This document shows positions 51,241-60,666 of a stretch of 64,000 nucleotides of DNA, piece after piece. Each line of letters opens with the position of its first letter. Position 1 is the stretch's first letter. Made by a program: the position numbers and the translations under genes. The DNA comes from Phocaeicola sp. (GTDB lineage Bacteria > Bacteroidota > Bacteroidia > Bacteroidales > Bacteroidaceae): contig JAXEBI010000046.1 of assembly GCA_034094155.1 (NCBI GenBank), forward strand, positions 52-64,051. The letters are read 5' to 3'. Below the pieces are notes generated by a model. The model did no database searches. It was not told the DNA's origin and saw nothing but the letters and a program-made list of their open reading frames with translations.

Positions 51241-51946
51241 ACCTCAATCCTCCCGAAAAACATTTAAAATCAGAAATATATGCATGAACAGACAAATGTT
51301 TCCACAGTCTTGCGGCCACACCCATATTCACGACTCTCGTATCATATTCAGCTATAAAAGACAGATCTCTGTAGAAAGCAGGTCTGAATGTCACACCTCC
51401 GAACACACCGTCATTCAGCTTGTTCTTTTCACCCGTATAACCCATATATCCGGCACTCACCTCAAGCAGACATCCGCCCAGTCCGAAACTTTTGGTCAGA
51501 ACGCCATAATAACCCTGGTAGTAATTGTTGCCCAGGTCGGCAAAAGGGTCGTGCGTACCTATAGCCAGGGCAGGGAAGAAGCGTCCTTCCTTCAGTACCC
51601 TGAGTTTTACCGACATCGACCTGTCCTGCTGGTTGAACTTAGGCTTGTCTGTCATATACGTAGTTTTCAGCAGAGTGCCCCTGTAATTAAGTTCGAGGAA
51701 AGAAAAAAGAGTGATACCGGCAAAATAGTTTCCGGTATTATATCCAAACGGAACCATATCTTCAGGCAGATAATTACCTCCAATCATAAAAGTCCCCGTT
51801 TCATTCATTACGGCCGAAGGCGTGTTCAGCATACCCGAAGTACCCATGCTATACTGAGCTTCAGCATTTTCCGTGCCGAGATACAAAAATGCAGACAGAA
51901 CAGAAATTCTGAAAAGACATCTGCACCTATAAAAAAGTCTACTCAT
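51218..51946 (-). CDS. YjbH domain-containing outer-membrane protein (N-terminal-half-like)
   Basis: Signal peptide; GTSGMLNTPSA, QDRSMSVKLRVLKEG..PALAIGTHD, GVFGGV and AEYD YjbH motifs. Confidence 0.8.
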   Translation of the reverse strand: MSRLFYRCRCLFRISVLSAFLYLGTENAEAQYSMGTSGMLNTPSAVMNETGTFMIGGNYLPEDMVPFGYNTGNYFAGITLFSFLELNYRGTLLKTTYMTDKPKFNQQDRSMSVKLRVLKEGRFFPALAIGTHDPFADLGNNYYQGYYGVLTKSFGLGGCLLEVSAGYMGYTGEKNKLNDGVFGGVTFRPAFYRDLSFIAEYDTRVVNMGVAARLWKHLSVHAYISDFKCFSGGLRYECRLIH

Positions 51947-52051
51947 TAAAAAATAAAAAAAGCTTTGTGTTATCTGTTATCAAAAAATAAAAAATAGCTT
52001 TCAAACCCCATTAGGTGCAAATATAGATATAAAGTCTTAAAAATAAAAAAT

Positions 52052-52145
52052 AATAATGGCCCTATTGTAAAAATACTGATAATAATTGATTTATATCATT
52101 CTATGATATTACATTATTACGATATTTTACAATAAGGCCATTATT
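52052..52145. repeat. Long imperfect inverted repeat / probable terminator after fcl
   Basis: AATAATGGCCCTATTGTAAAA...TTTTACAATAAGGCCATTATT with further internal pairing. Confidence 0.6.
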
Positions 52146-52170
52146 TCCGGATTAAAAAACATCCGTCATT

Positions 52171-53262
52171 TCAGATATCCTTACCTGTGCTTTTACGATA
52201 CCATTCATACATTCTGTGCACACCCTCATCTATTTCCACCTTATGATGCCATCCCAGTTCATGCAGTTTCGTAACATCAGTCAGTTTCCGCATAGTGCCG
52301 TCGGGTTTCGACGCATCCCATTTTATCTCACCCTTATAGCCTGTTTCCTTCTTTATGAGCATAGCCACGTCGAATATACTTATCTCCTTGCCTGTACCCA
52401 CATTGATATGACAGTTTCTTATCTCCTTGTCGCCAAGCCTGTATGTATCCTTAAAGTCCACATTCAGCAGCACATGCACACTTGCGTCGGCCATTTCCTC
52501 GCTCCACAGAAACTCACGCATGGGCTTTCCTGTGCCCCACAGCAGCAGACTGTCGCATCCTATACCATACTTTTCCAGTATACCTTTAATGTCAGATTCC
52601 GGAGCCGAGCCGTCCACACCTTCCACCGGGCGGGCATTCAAGTCCTTTCTCACGGCCTCCATATCACCTTCCATAAGACATTTGGCCAGATGAATCTTCC
52701 TTATCATAGCCGGCAGTACATGACTCCTTTCAAGATCGAAATTATCATTAGGTCCATACAGATTGGTCGGCATCACTGCAATGTAGTTAGTACCATACTG
52801 CAGGTTGAAACTCTCACACATCTTCAGTCCCGCAATCTTGGCAATGGCATAAGGTTCGTTGGTATATTCCAGAGGCGAAGTAAGCAGCACATCCTCCTTC
52901 ATAGGCTGTACGGCTTCCCTCGGATAAATACAGGTACTTCCCAGGAAGAGCAACTTCTTCACTCCATGTCTGAAACTCTCACCAATCACATTCTGCTGAA
53001 TCTGCAGATTATTATAAATAAAATCAGCCCTGTATATAGAGTTGGCCATGATTCCCCCCACGAAAGCGGCCGCCAGAATAACGGCATCCGGCTTTTCACT
53101 GTCGAAGAAATTCTTCACAGCCACCCCGTCGAGCAAATCAAGCTCCTTGTGCGACCTTCCCACAAGGTTGGTATAACCCCTTTGCATAAGGTTATTCCAT
53201 ATAGCCGAGCCCACCAGTCCGCGGTGTCCGGCCACATATATCTTAGAATCCTTGCTTAACAT
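52171..53262 (-). CDS. fcl: GDP-L-fucose synthase
   Basis: VAGHRGLVGSA, AAFVGGI.AN, LGSTCIYP, YAIAK, PTNLYGP, DASKPDGT. Confidence 0.96.
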   Translation of the reverse strand: MLSKDSKIYVAGHRGLVGSAIWNNLMQRGYTNLVGRSHKELDLLDGVAVKNFFDSEKPDAVILAAAFVGGIMANSIYRADFIYNNLQIQQNVIGESFRHGVKKLLFLGSTCIYPREAVQPMKEDVLLTSPLEYTNEPYAIAKIAGLKMCESFNLQYGTNYIAVMPTNLYGPNDNFDLERSHVLPAMIRKIHLAKCLMEGDMEAVRKDLNARPVEGVDGSAPESDIKGILEKYGIGCDSLLLWGTGKPMREFLWSEEMADASVHVLLNVDFKDTYRLGDKEIRNCHINVGTGKEISIFDVAMLIKKETGYKGEIKWDASKPDGTMRKLTDVTKLHELGWHHKVEIDEGVHRMYEWYRKSTGKDI

Positions 53263-53301
53263 AAAATACTCCGATTATCAGCTGTAAGTTGCCTTTATTT
53301 G

Positions 53302-54390
53302 TCAGGCCTCTTCATCCATTTTAGCCTTCAGGTGCAGTTTCTTTACAAACTTCATATCATGTTCCACCATGATTCTCACCAGTTCCTCAAAAGGAGTCTT
53401 GGTAGGATTCCATCCCAGCAGAGTCTTCGCCTTTGTAGGGTCACCTAACAGCTGGTCCACCTCACACGGACGGAAATACTTAGGGTCCACTTCCACCAGC
53501 ACCCTTCCGGTAGCTGCATCCACGCCACGTTCGTTTACACCCGAGCCTTCCCACTTCAGTTCAATACCCAGATACTTGAACGTAAGAGTCGCAAACTCCC
53601 TTACAGAATGCATCTCTCCGGTAGCAATCACAAAGTCCTCAGGAGTGTCATGCTGCAGTATAAGCCACATACATTCCACATAATCCTTAGCATATCCCCA
53701 GTCGCGCAGAGAATCCAGGTTACCCAGATACAACTTGTCCTGATATCCCTGTGCTATGCGTGCAGCGGCAAGAGTAATCTTCCTTGTCACGAAGTTCTCT
53801 CCGCGGCGTTCACTCTCGTGGTTGAAGAGGATACCGTTTACGGCAAACATTCCATAGCTTTCCCTGTAATTCTTGGTAATCCAGAAACCATACTGCTTTG
53901 CCACTCCATACGGAGAGCGTGGGTAGAATGGGGTAGTCTCCTTCTGAGGCACCTCCTGTACCTTACCGAACAGTTCCGAAGTTGAAGCCTGATAAATGCG
54001 GCAGGTCTTTTCCAGTCCGCAAATACGTACAGCCTCAAGCAGTCTCAGTGTACCCACCGCATCAGCTTCGGCAGTATATTCAGGCACATCAAAGCTCACC
54101 TTTACGTGGCTCTGAGCGGCAAGGTTATAAATCTCTGTTGGATGAATGTCACTTATGATTCTGATAAGCGAACTGGAGTCTGTCATATCCCCCCAGTGCA
54201 GATTCACCAGACGTTTCTGTTTCATGTCGCGCACCCATTCATCGAGATACAGATGCTCTATACGTCCGGTGTTGAAAGAAGACGAACGTCGCATTATACC
54301 ATGCACTTCATAACCCTTTTCAATCAGAAATTCGGCCAGATATGAGCCGTCCTGACCTGTGATACCTGTAATTAAAGCTACTTTTCTCAT
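53302..54390 (-). CDS. gmd: GDP-mannose 4,6-dehydratase
   Basis: [51 protein letters not shown]. Confidence 0.97.
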   Translation of the reverse strand: MRKVALITGITGQDGSYLAEFLIEKGYEVHGIMRRSSSFNTGRIEHLYLDEWVRDMKQKRLVNLHWGDMTDSSSLIRIISDIHPTEIYNLAAQSHVKVSFDVPEYTAEADAVGTLRLLEAVRICGLEKTCRIYQASTSELFGKVQEVPQKETTPFYPRSPYGVAKQYGFWITKNYRESYGMFAVNGILFNHESERRGENFVTRKITLAAARIAQGYQDKLYLGNLDSLRDWGYAKDYVECMWLILQHDTPEDFVIATGEMHSVREFATLTFKYLGIELKWEGSGVNERGVDAATGRVLVEVDPKYFRPCEVDQLLGDPTKAKTLLGWNPTKTPFEELVRIMVEHDMKFVKKLHLKAKMDEEA

Positions 54391-54522
54391 TTTTTATTCA
54401 TTTTATTTATAAATCACATTACTTGAGTCAAAGTTATCATTAACTATAAAACCACGTATAGTATCAAAAATTTAATTTCTGTCATGAATACAAGAATAGA
54501 ATAGATATATTTATAGATATAT

Positions 54523-54735
54523 TTATGTTTTCAAGTCATTGTATTCTTTATCTAAAAGACTAAAAAGGTAAATATCACCTTCTTCCAATAAATCAGGATT
54601 ATTCAGCAAATTTGCATATAACCTACTGTTTAGTACGAACTCCAATGAAGAATCATAGCTGCTGCTATACTTCTTCATAAGCATTTCTACCAAAGACTTT
54701 ATCGTATAGTCTAAAACTTCATAATCAACAGCCAT
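54523..54735 (-). CDS. Small acidic protein of DUF3990 cassette (DUF3791-like)
   Basis: 70 aa, starts 4 nt after the DUF3990 stop; LVEMLMKKY..S...SLEFV.NS.LY..L pattern. Confidence 0.6.
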   Translation of the reverse strand: MAVDYEVLDYTIKSLVEMLMKKYSSSYDSSLEFVLNSRLYANLLNNPDLLEEGDIYLFSLLDKEYNDLKT

Positions 54736-54739
54736 AATA

Positions 54740-55213
54740 TCAATCTGTAAAATTCAACATATTTATTGCTTTATTCGAGCAGAATCCCACCTGCAGAGAT
54801 TTGAACTTATTATATTCAATCAAATTAGCAATATCAGAAAATGACTTATTTTCAGTCTTAATTTTACTAAAATGCTTTTTTAAACCTTTGTCTGCTATAG
54901 GACCAATGATTATATCATATTCCGGACGCTTGAATTTATCGTTGTACCGGTTGTTATAAATAAACTCAGCCCATTCTGCATCAGCGACAAAACGTTTTAT
55001 ATTTAAGCAACCACTACATAATTTTTCCAAATCAATAGCATATTTGTTTACTATAGCATCATTACCAAATAGCTTTTTTGCCCAATTCTTTGCAGTCGGT
55101 TTATTATAAGTTGTGTAGAAACACTTGCCGAAGTCACGTCCTTTACTACCGATATTCCATTGTGGATTATCTATTCTTTGATTGGAACCATGATAAAGGA
55201 ATATATTTGCCAT
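54740..55213 (-). CDS. DUF3990 domain protein (ADP-ribosyltransferase-like fold)
   Basis: LYHGS, DFGKCFYTT, A..WA, EWAEFI..NR, YDIIIGPIAD and Q..F.S..A motifs. Confidence 0.82.
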   Translation of the reverse strand: MANIFLYHGSNQRIDNPQWNIGSKGRDFGKCFYTTYNKPTAKNWAKKLFGNDAIVNKYAIDLEKLCSGCLNIKRFVADAEWAEFIYNNRYNDKFKRPEYDIIIGPIADKGLKKHFSKIKTENKSFSDIANLIEYNKFKSLQVGFCSNKAINMLNFTD

Positions 55214-55226
55214 AACAACTTATCTT

Positions 55227-55496
55227 TTAAATTAATGATACAAGCTCACGTGCAATCACTTTAGCAGGCTTTCTTTCAACTTTATGAGCCTCTTTGTAAA
55301 GCAGTTTAAAAGCATCGTTTCTGCGTAAAATTTCTATTACATTAACCATAGGTAGATCCTTTCTGTTAGCAATTTCACGTATGCAATCTGTTACATAACT
55401 TATTTCTTTAAAGTTAAGTTTTCCACCTCTTGGTCTACTTTCTAATGTTATTGTTCTATTTTCGCCTGGCCTATATAAAAACTCTCTTGTACACAT
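55227..55496 (-). CDS. Small protein with DUF3791-like C-terminal half
   Basis: ISYVTDCIREIA...VIEILRRNDAFKLLYKEAH; 13 nt upstream of DUF3990. Confidence 0.55.
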   Translation of the reverse strand: MCTREFLYRPGENRTITLESRPRGGKLNFKEISYVTDCIREIANRKDLPMVNVIEILRRNDAFKLLYKEAHKVERKPAKVIARELVSLI

Positions 55497-55790
55497 AATA
55501 TTTAGAATGATTTAATTATCATGAAATTAGAAATTCTTGAGTTGGTGCCGATGTATAAAAGATGATAAGTAATCTGTCGACTTACTGAATTATAATATAA
55601 ATCTTTATAATATTTAGCTATACATAATATAAATACATCATTAAGCGAAAATAGTCTATTTCTTTCTTTAATCAAAACTTTTTACGACAATTTTGATAAA
55701 TAAAGATTTATGTTTTAAAAAGATGAAACCTTTAATTTCAGGTCCTGTAATAATTGTTTTGATATTCACATTTTTTTTGCATGAGATACC

Positions 55791-57017
55791 TTAATCCCTT
55801 GTTCCCTTAAATCTTAGTTTCTTGTAAACAGAAGCATACACACCTATAGCTATGAAGCACAGCATAGGAACCACAAATCCGGCAGCCATCGATACATTAT
55901 CGGCTATTGCACCCATTACAAGAGGAGCAACCGCACCGCCCACTATCGACATGATAAGATACGACGAAGCCTTCTTGGTTTCCCTGCCTGTTTCTTTTAT
56001 GGCCAGAGCAAAAATAGTAGGAAACATAATAGATTCAAACAGAAAGCACAGGAAAAAGCTGAAAAGCGCGATATTGCCGTCGAGCATAATCACACACAGC
56101 ATCATGAGGGTTGCCCCTGCCGCACAAATTCCGAGCAAAGTCTCACCTCTCATGAACTTCATTATATAGCTTCCGCCCATTCTTCCGGCCACAAACATTC
56201 CCATACCTCCGAACGACAGCCATACAGAAGCCTCATGCGCGTCGATCCCCACATTCTCGGTTGCGTAGTTGATAAAGAAACTGTTGATACCGGTCTGTGC
56301 GGCCACATACAGAAACAGCGATACAAGTCCCACAGTAAATGTCCTCTTCTTCCATATCGAAACATTATCGAAAGACCTGCAGCTACTGCTAACTTCAGTG
56401 TCACCTTCTTCCATGCTTATCTCCGGCAATTTCACCTTGATGAAAATCATTGCCACAATCAGCACCACCACACCAATTATAGTATACGGTGTAGTAATGT
56501 CACCATTACATGCAAACAGGAAATACCCTCCCGCCAGAGGACCCGCTATCCATCCTATACCGTTGAACGACTGAGCCAGATTGATACGCCTTTCGCTACT
56601 CTCCGGATCACCCAGAACCGTAACATACGGATTTGCGGCAGTTTCCAGACAAGTCAGTCCGCACCCTATGATAAAAAGCGAAAGCAGAAAAAACTCAAAG
56701 CTATTCATCCTTCCTCCCGGAATAAACATAAGCGCACCTATGGCATACAGCACCAGTCCGGTAATAACCCCGGTTCTGTATCCGTACTTTCTGATAATAC
56801 TTCCGGCAGGCAGAGCCATCAGGAAATACCCTCCGTACACCACAGCCTGAATAAGAGCCGACCGTGTTTTGGTAATTTCCATTGTATCCTGAAAATGCTT
56901 GTTAAGCACATCAAGTATACTATGTGCGAATCCCCACAGGAAAAACAAACTCGTAATAAGAATAAAAGGGAGCAGAAAATTCTCTCCTCCTTTAGTTTTG
57001 ACTAAACCACGTTCCAT
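55791..57017 (-). CDS. fucP: L-fucose:H+ symporter-like MFS permease (FucP/GluP family)
   Basis: PFILITSLFFLWGFAH, LETAANPYV..LG, RINLAQSFNG, FESIMFPTIFAL, IMSIVGGA; TATCTTTG promoter box at 57110-57103. Confidence 0.8.
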   Translation of the reverse strand: MERGLVKTKGGENFLLPFILITSLFFLWGFAHSILDVLNKHFQDTMEITKTRSALIQAVVYGGYFLMALPAGSIIRKYGYRTGVITGLVLYAIGALMFIPGGRMNSFEFFLLSLFIIGCGLTCLETAANPYVTVLGDPESSERRINLAQSFNGIGWIAGPLAGGYFLFACNGDITTPYTIIGVVVLIVAMIFIKVKLPEISMEEGDTEVSSSCRSFDNVSIWKKRTFTVGLVSLFLYVAAQTGINSFFINYATENVGIDAHEASVWLSFGGMGMFVAGRMGGSYIMKFMRGETLLGICAAGATLMMLCVIMLDGNIALFSFFLCFLFESIMFPTIFALAIKETGRETKKASSYLIMSIVGGAVAPLVMGAIADNVSMAAGFVVPMLCFIAIGVYASVYKKLRFKGTRD

Positions 57018-57068
57018 AAAATCTTCACTTGTTTTAAAAAATCTTGTCTTAAATACATTCTATAGTCA

Positions 57069-57512
57069 ATGTTTCCCACTCAAAAAAACAATCTTTCAGA
57101 CGCAAAGATAATACAAAAAAGTGAGATACTGAGCAAACCACAGAAGAATGATTGGAAATTAGCAGTTTACGGAATATTGACGATTTAGGCGAGTGCCAAC
57201 GTAAACCTTCCTGCGTCAGAATCTGTTAAAGCATCAGCTTCAGCTTCATTAGACAATGTATCCCATGGACTGACCTTTGTCAATATTACCGATATAGGCC
57301 ACAATGTAGCCATAAAAACCTTCTTAGACAACAAGCAGAATGTCAATCATCTTTTCTTTTTCAGATGGCAAGCCCAACTGTTGTCTGTTGTAGTCGAAGC
57401 TTACGAGACATTCTTCAAAAACAGCCTGAAAAATCTGAATATCGACGAAAGAGAATTCGACTTCATAAAAGGCGAATATGATTTCTCTATCAATAAAAAT
57501 AATGATATCTGA
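57069..57512 (+). pseudogene. Possible remnant of an unknown gene (single in-frame TAG)
   Basis: One + frame is open from ATG 57069 to TAG 57186-57188 and then for 107 more codons to TGA 57510-57512 (ASANVNLPASESVK...FDFIKGEYDFSINKNNDI). Confidence 0.35.
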
Positions 57513-57594
57513 TAAAAAACAATATTTCCATCTGCAATACAACCCTGAAAGTATAATTGCAGATAGAAATATCAGTTTAATGACCATACAGCAC

Positions 57595-59088
57595 TTAACT
57601 GAATGAAGCGGTACGCATATCCCCGTTCATACAGAAAGCGCGGTGCATGGCAAAAGCATCATCAAGGATAAAAGGCGTATGGCATTTCCCGGTCTTTTTC
57701 AGATAGTCCCACAACAGCTCCTTATAGTCAGGATGCACACACTTTTCTATTATGCATTCAGCCCTCTGCACAGGAGACTTTCCCCTCAGGTCGGCCACAC
57801 CCTGTTCTGTAACCAAAATACGCACATCATGTTCTGTACTGTCAACATGTGTCACCATTGGCACGATGGAAGAAATAAGTCCCCCCTTGGCTGTCGACGG
57901 GGTAGTAAAGATACTCAGGAACGCATTGCGCGAGAAGTCGGCCGAACCCCCTATACCATTCATCATGCGGCTGCCTGATACGTGAGTACTGTTCACATTA
58001 CCGCAGATATCAAATTCCAGCGCAGTATTTATGGCAATCACACCCAGGCGGCGGATTATCTCCGGATGATTTGTTATCTCCTGAGGACGAAGCAGCAGCC
58101 TGTTGCCTAAAGTATCAATGTTATTATACAGCAAATCAAGCTTTTCATCCGATAAAGTAAGTGAGCTGCCTGTAGCGAAGTTTATCCGGCCTTTCATCAT
58201 AAGATCCACTACCGAATTCTGGATAACCTCGGTGTACATATTGAAAACCGGCAACTCCTCATCATCACCCATGGCACCCAGAACAGCATTCGCGATATTT
58301 CCCACACCCGACTGAACCGGCAGGAACTCCTTAGGTATGCCGCCTTTCTTCCATTCCATAAGCAGAAACTCTGCCACGTGTTGTCCAATACGCTTAGTGG
58401 TTTCATCCAAAGCCTTGAACGGAGCAATCCTGTCTCTGTTGTTTGTCACCACAACCCCCACAATCTTTTTCCTGTCCACCTTCAGATTACGGCTTCCTAT
58501 ACGGTCGTTAACCTTATATATAGGAATCTCCCTGCGGTGAGGCGGCATTTCGGGAACATAAAGATCATGCATACCGTCAAGTTTTCCCGTATGGCATTCA
58601 TTTAACTCCACAATAACCTTATCGGCCATCAATGCCAAGGTAGGAGTTATCCCCACCGAAGTACTCAGCACAAAGCTTCCGTCCTCATTAATATCAGAAA
58701 CCTCAATAATGGCAACATTCACTTTCCCAAGGAAACCATAACGCAGGTCCTGCCCGATATGCGACAGATGAACATCGAAATACGCCACATCACCCGAATT
58801 GATAGCCTCCCTCATCCTTCCGTTCGACTGGAAAGGAGTCCTGAAAGAAACAGCCCCGGCATCTGCCAGTTGGGAGTCAACCTGTTCGCCTGTTGCACCT
58901 CCGGTAATCAGACCTATCCTGAACTCCTTTCCTTCACTGTGCAGAGTCCTGGCACGTTCGGCCAGTGCTGCCGGAACCACCTTAGGAGTTCCAACCGAAG
59001 AAAAGCCACCTATTCCCACAATATCACCGTTTTCAATATGGCTTGCAGCCTCTGCCGCAGTCAATTCATTATACAATCTTTTCCACAT
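57595..59088 (-). CDS. Acetyl-CoA hydrolase / succinate CoA-transferase family protein
   Basis: GTPKVVP, DVHLSH, PVQSGVGNIANAV, YTEVIQ, GNVNSTHV.GSRMMNGIGGSADF, TEQGVADLRG. Confidence 0.93.
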   Translation of the reverse strand: MWKRLYNELTAAEAASHIENGDIVGIGGFSSVGTPKVVPAALAERARTLHSEGKEFRIGLITGGATGEQVDSQLADAGAVSFRTPFQSNGRMREAINSGDVAYFDVHLSHIGQDLRYGFLGKVNVAIIEVSDINEDGSFVLSTSVGITPTLALMADKVIVELNECHTGKLDGMHDLYVPEMPPHRREIPIYKVNDRIGSRNLKVDRKKIVGVVVTNNRDRIAPFKALDETTKRIGQHVAEFLLMEWKKGGIPKEFLPVQSGVGNIANAVLGAMGDDEELPVFNMYTEVIQNSVVDLMMKGRINFATGSSLTLSDEKLDLLYNNIDTLGNRLLLRPQEITNHPEIIRRLGVIAINTALEFDICGNVNSTHVSGSRMMNGIGGSADFSRNAFLSIFTTPSTAKGGLISSIVPMVTHVDSTEHDVRILVTEQGVADLRGKSPVQRAECIIEKCVHPDYKELLWDYLKKTGKCHTPFILDDAFAMHRAFCMNGDMRTASFS

Positions 59089-59472
59089 AAAAATAATACT
59101 TTTACCTCTCTTTATAGTTTTAAATTATAAGTTAATTATATTCTATCAGTCCGTGCAAAAATATTACAATAAATGAAATAACATACAGAATATACCAAAT
59201 AATAACGTGATATTGTATAAATATTATACTTTTCTAAATATTTATGTAAATTATATATATTCATAAGATACTTTCGTGTTACAGCTGTTGCAGAGCTGCC
59301 CCTTCGTGCCTTGCCGGATTCTTAAAGCCTACATATAAAAAAAAGGAACTACTTTCACAAGCAGTTCCAATGAAAATAAAATGAAAAAATATATTAAAGA
59401 CTATCTTAGCAGCATTGCTAAGTAGCAGATTATAGTGTATCTTAATAACTTCACGAGATAGAGTAAGCAGTG

Positions 59473-60429
59473 TTAATTCAAGAGAGACTTTATATAGTCT
59501 ACAGGTAGATTCAGCTTTTCAGCTATAGATTCATCGGGTATCCCTTGCTCGTGAAGTAGAATAGCCATTCCCTTAATCATCATGTCTTTCTGTTCAATCT
59601 CCTGAGTTTTCTGTTCAATCTCCTGAGTTTTCTGCTTAATCTCTTGGGTTTTCTGCTTAATCTCCTTATCTTTTATCATTATAGTGGTATCCCTTTCTTC
59701 AATTTCCGAAAGAATCTCATCTTCCACTTCCATGGCACGTTTCAGTTCCGGTGTGCCGCAAGCCATCATAAGCCTGTTTATCACTATAAAGTCATCGCCG
59801 TCAAATTTACTCTCATCCAGTTCCAGATAATGCTCGTTTCCTTCCACACAATACTCCTGATCGAATATCTGCAGAATCCTTTCGAGTCTGTTTCTCAGTC
59901 TGCCCCTAAGATATGGAATCTGCACAATGATACTGTCGTGTGTGAGACTTTCCACAAAAGGGTCGGGTACACCGTTTGTGATAGGATTCGAGTCATAATC
60001 AAGATAATTTCTCCTGACATAAATAACAGGTTCCTGAAGGTCTCCCAACTTATGGCCCAAAATATATATAGAGACCATAGGATAAGCAAAACCTTTAGGG
60101 TTCATTTCCTTTTCAGGGATATTTCTTTTGTCGCCATATTGTGATGCCAGATACTGTCTGAACCTAAGAGTCTCAGTAACCAGCCAAGTTTTTTGCAGTT
60201 CTATAAGAACAATGCTTTCGCTTCCGTCTTCATTTCTTACTTTGGCATTGAAATCCAGCCTGAACATAGAAATATTTCTTTTGGTAAGTCCTGTATATTC
60301 TTGCTGTTTCATTTCCACAGCTGTCACTTCTTTCTTCAGAAGGGCAGAAAGAAGAATCTTTGCGACACGTTCATCATCCATCATGAATTTGAATACCGAA
60401 TCGTAAATAGGGTTTGCAATATAAGCCAT
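59473..60429 (-). CDS. Rpn-like PD-(D/E)XK nuclease family protein (PDDEXK_2-like)
   Basis: ANPIYDSVFK, RLDF, IELQK, RFRQYL, SIYILG; C-terminal heptad repeats then HTH-like IPDESIAEKLNL. Confidence 0.75.
   Translation of the reverse strand: MAYIANPIYDSVFKFMMDDERVAKILLSALLKKEVTAVEMKQQEYTGLTKRNISMFRLDFNAKVRNEDGSESIVLIELQKTWLVTETLRFRQYLASQYGDKRNIPEKEMNPKGFAYPMVSIYILGHKLGDLQEPVIYVRRNYLDYDSNPITNGVPDPFVESLTHDSIIVQIPYLRGRLRNRLERILQIFDQEYCVEGNEHYLELDESKFDGDDFIVINRLMMACGTPELKRAMEVEDEILSEIEERDTTIMIKDKEIKQKTQEIKQKTQEIEQKTQEIEQKDMMIKGMAILLHEQGIPDESIAEKLNLPVDYIKSLLN
59587..59665 (-). repeat. 21-bp coding tandem repeat (EI[K/E]QKTQ, about 3.8 copies)
   Basis: TTTCTGTTCAATCTCCTGAGT x2, TTTCTGCTTAATCTCTTGGGT, TTTCTGCTTAATCTCC. 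Confidence 0.85.
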
Positions 60430-60666
60430 AATCTATGTCCTCCATTTAATAACTGTAAATCTGCTTCAAATATAGTGGTAAACATTAAAATTTCAAATAT
60501 AAAAGAAAGAAAATTTCATCATACTAACCTCATATCCGTCACAGAACAAATCAAACTTCATCAGTCTTTTTTATTGTTACTTCCTGTAGTTTTATTGAAT
60601 GGTTATGTCGCTTTTTCATATTTCTGTAAAAAAACATGCCACCTTATATTCTCTGTTAAAATGTAA

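Noticed and set aside
57185-57313. Minus-strand 42-aa ORF ending ...FTLALA resembling a tmRNA tag
   Set aside because: No tRNA-like ends or tmRNA structure are visible, and the tag does not match the Bacteroidales type.
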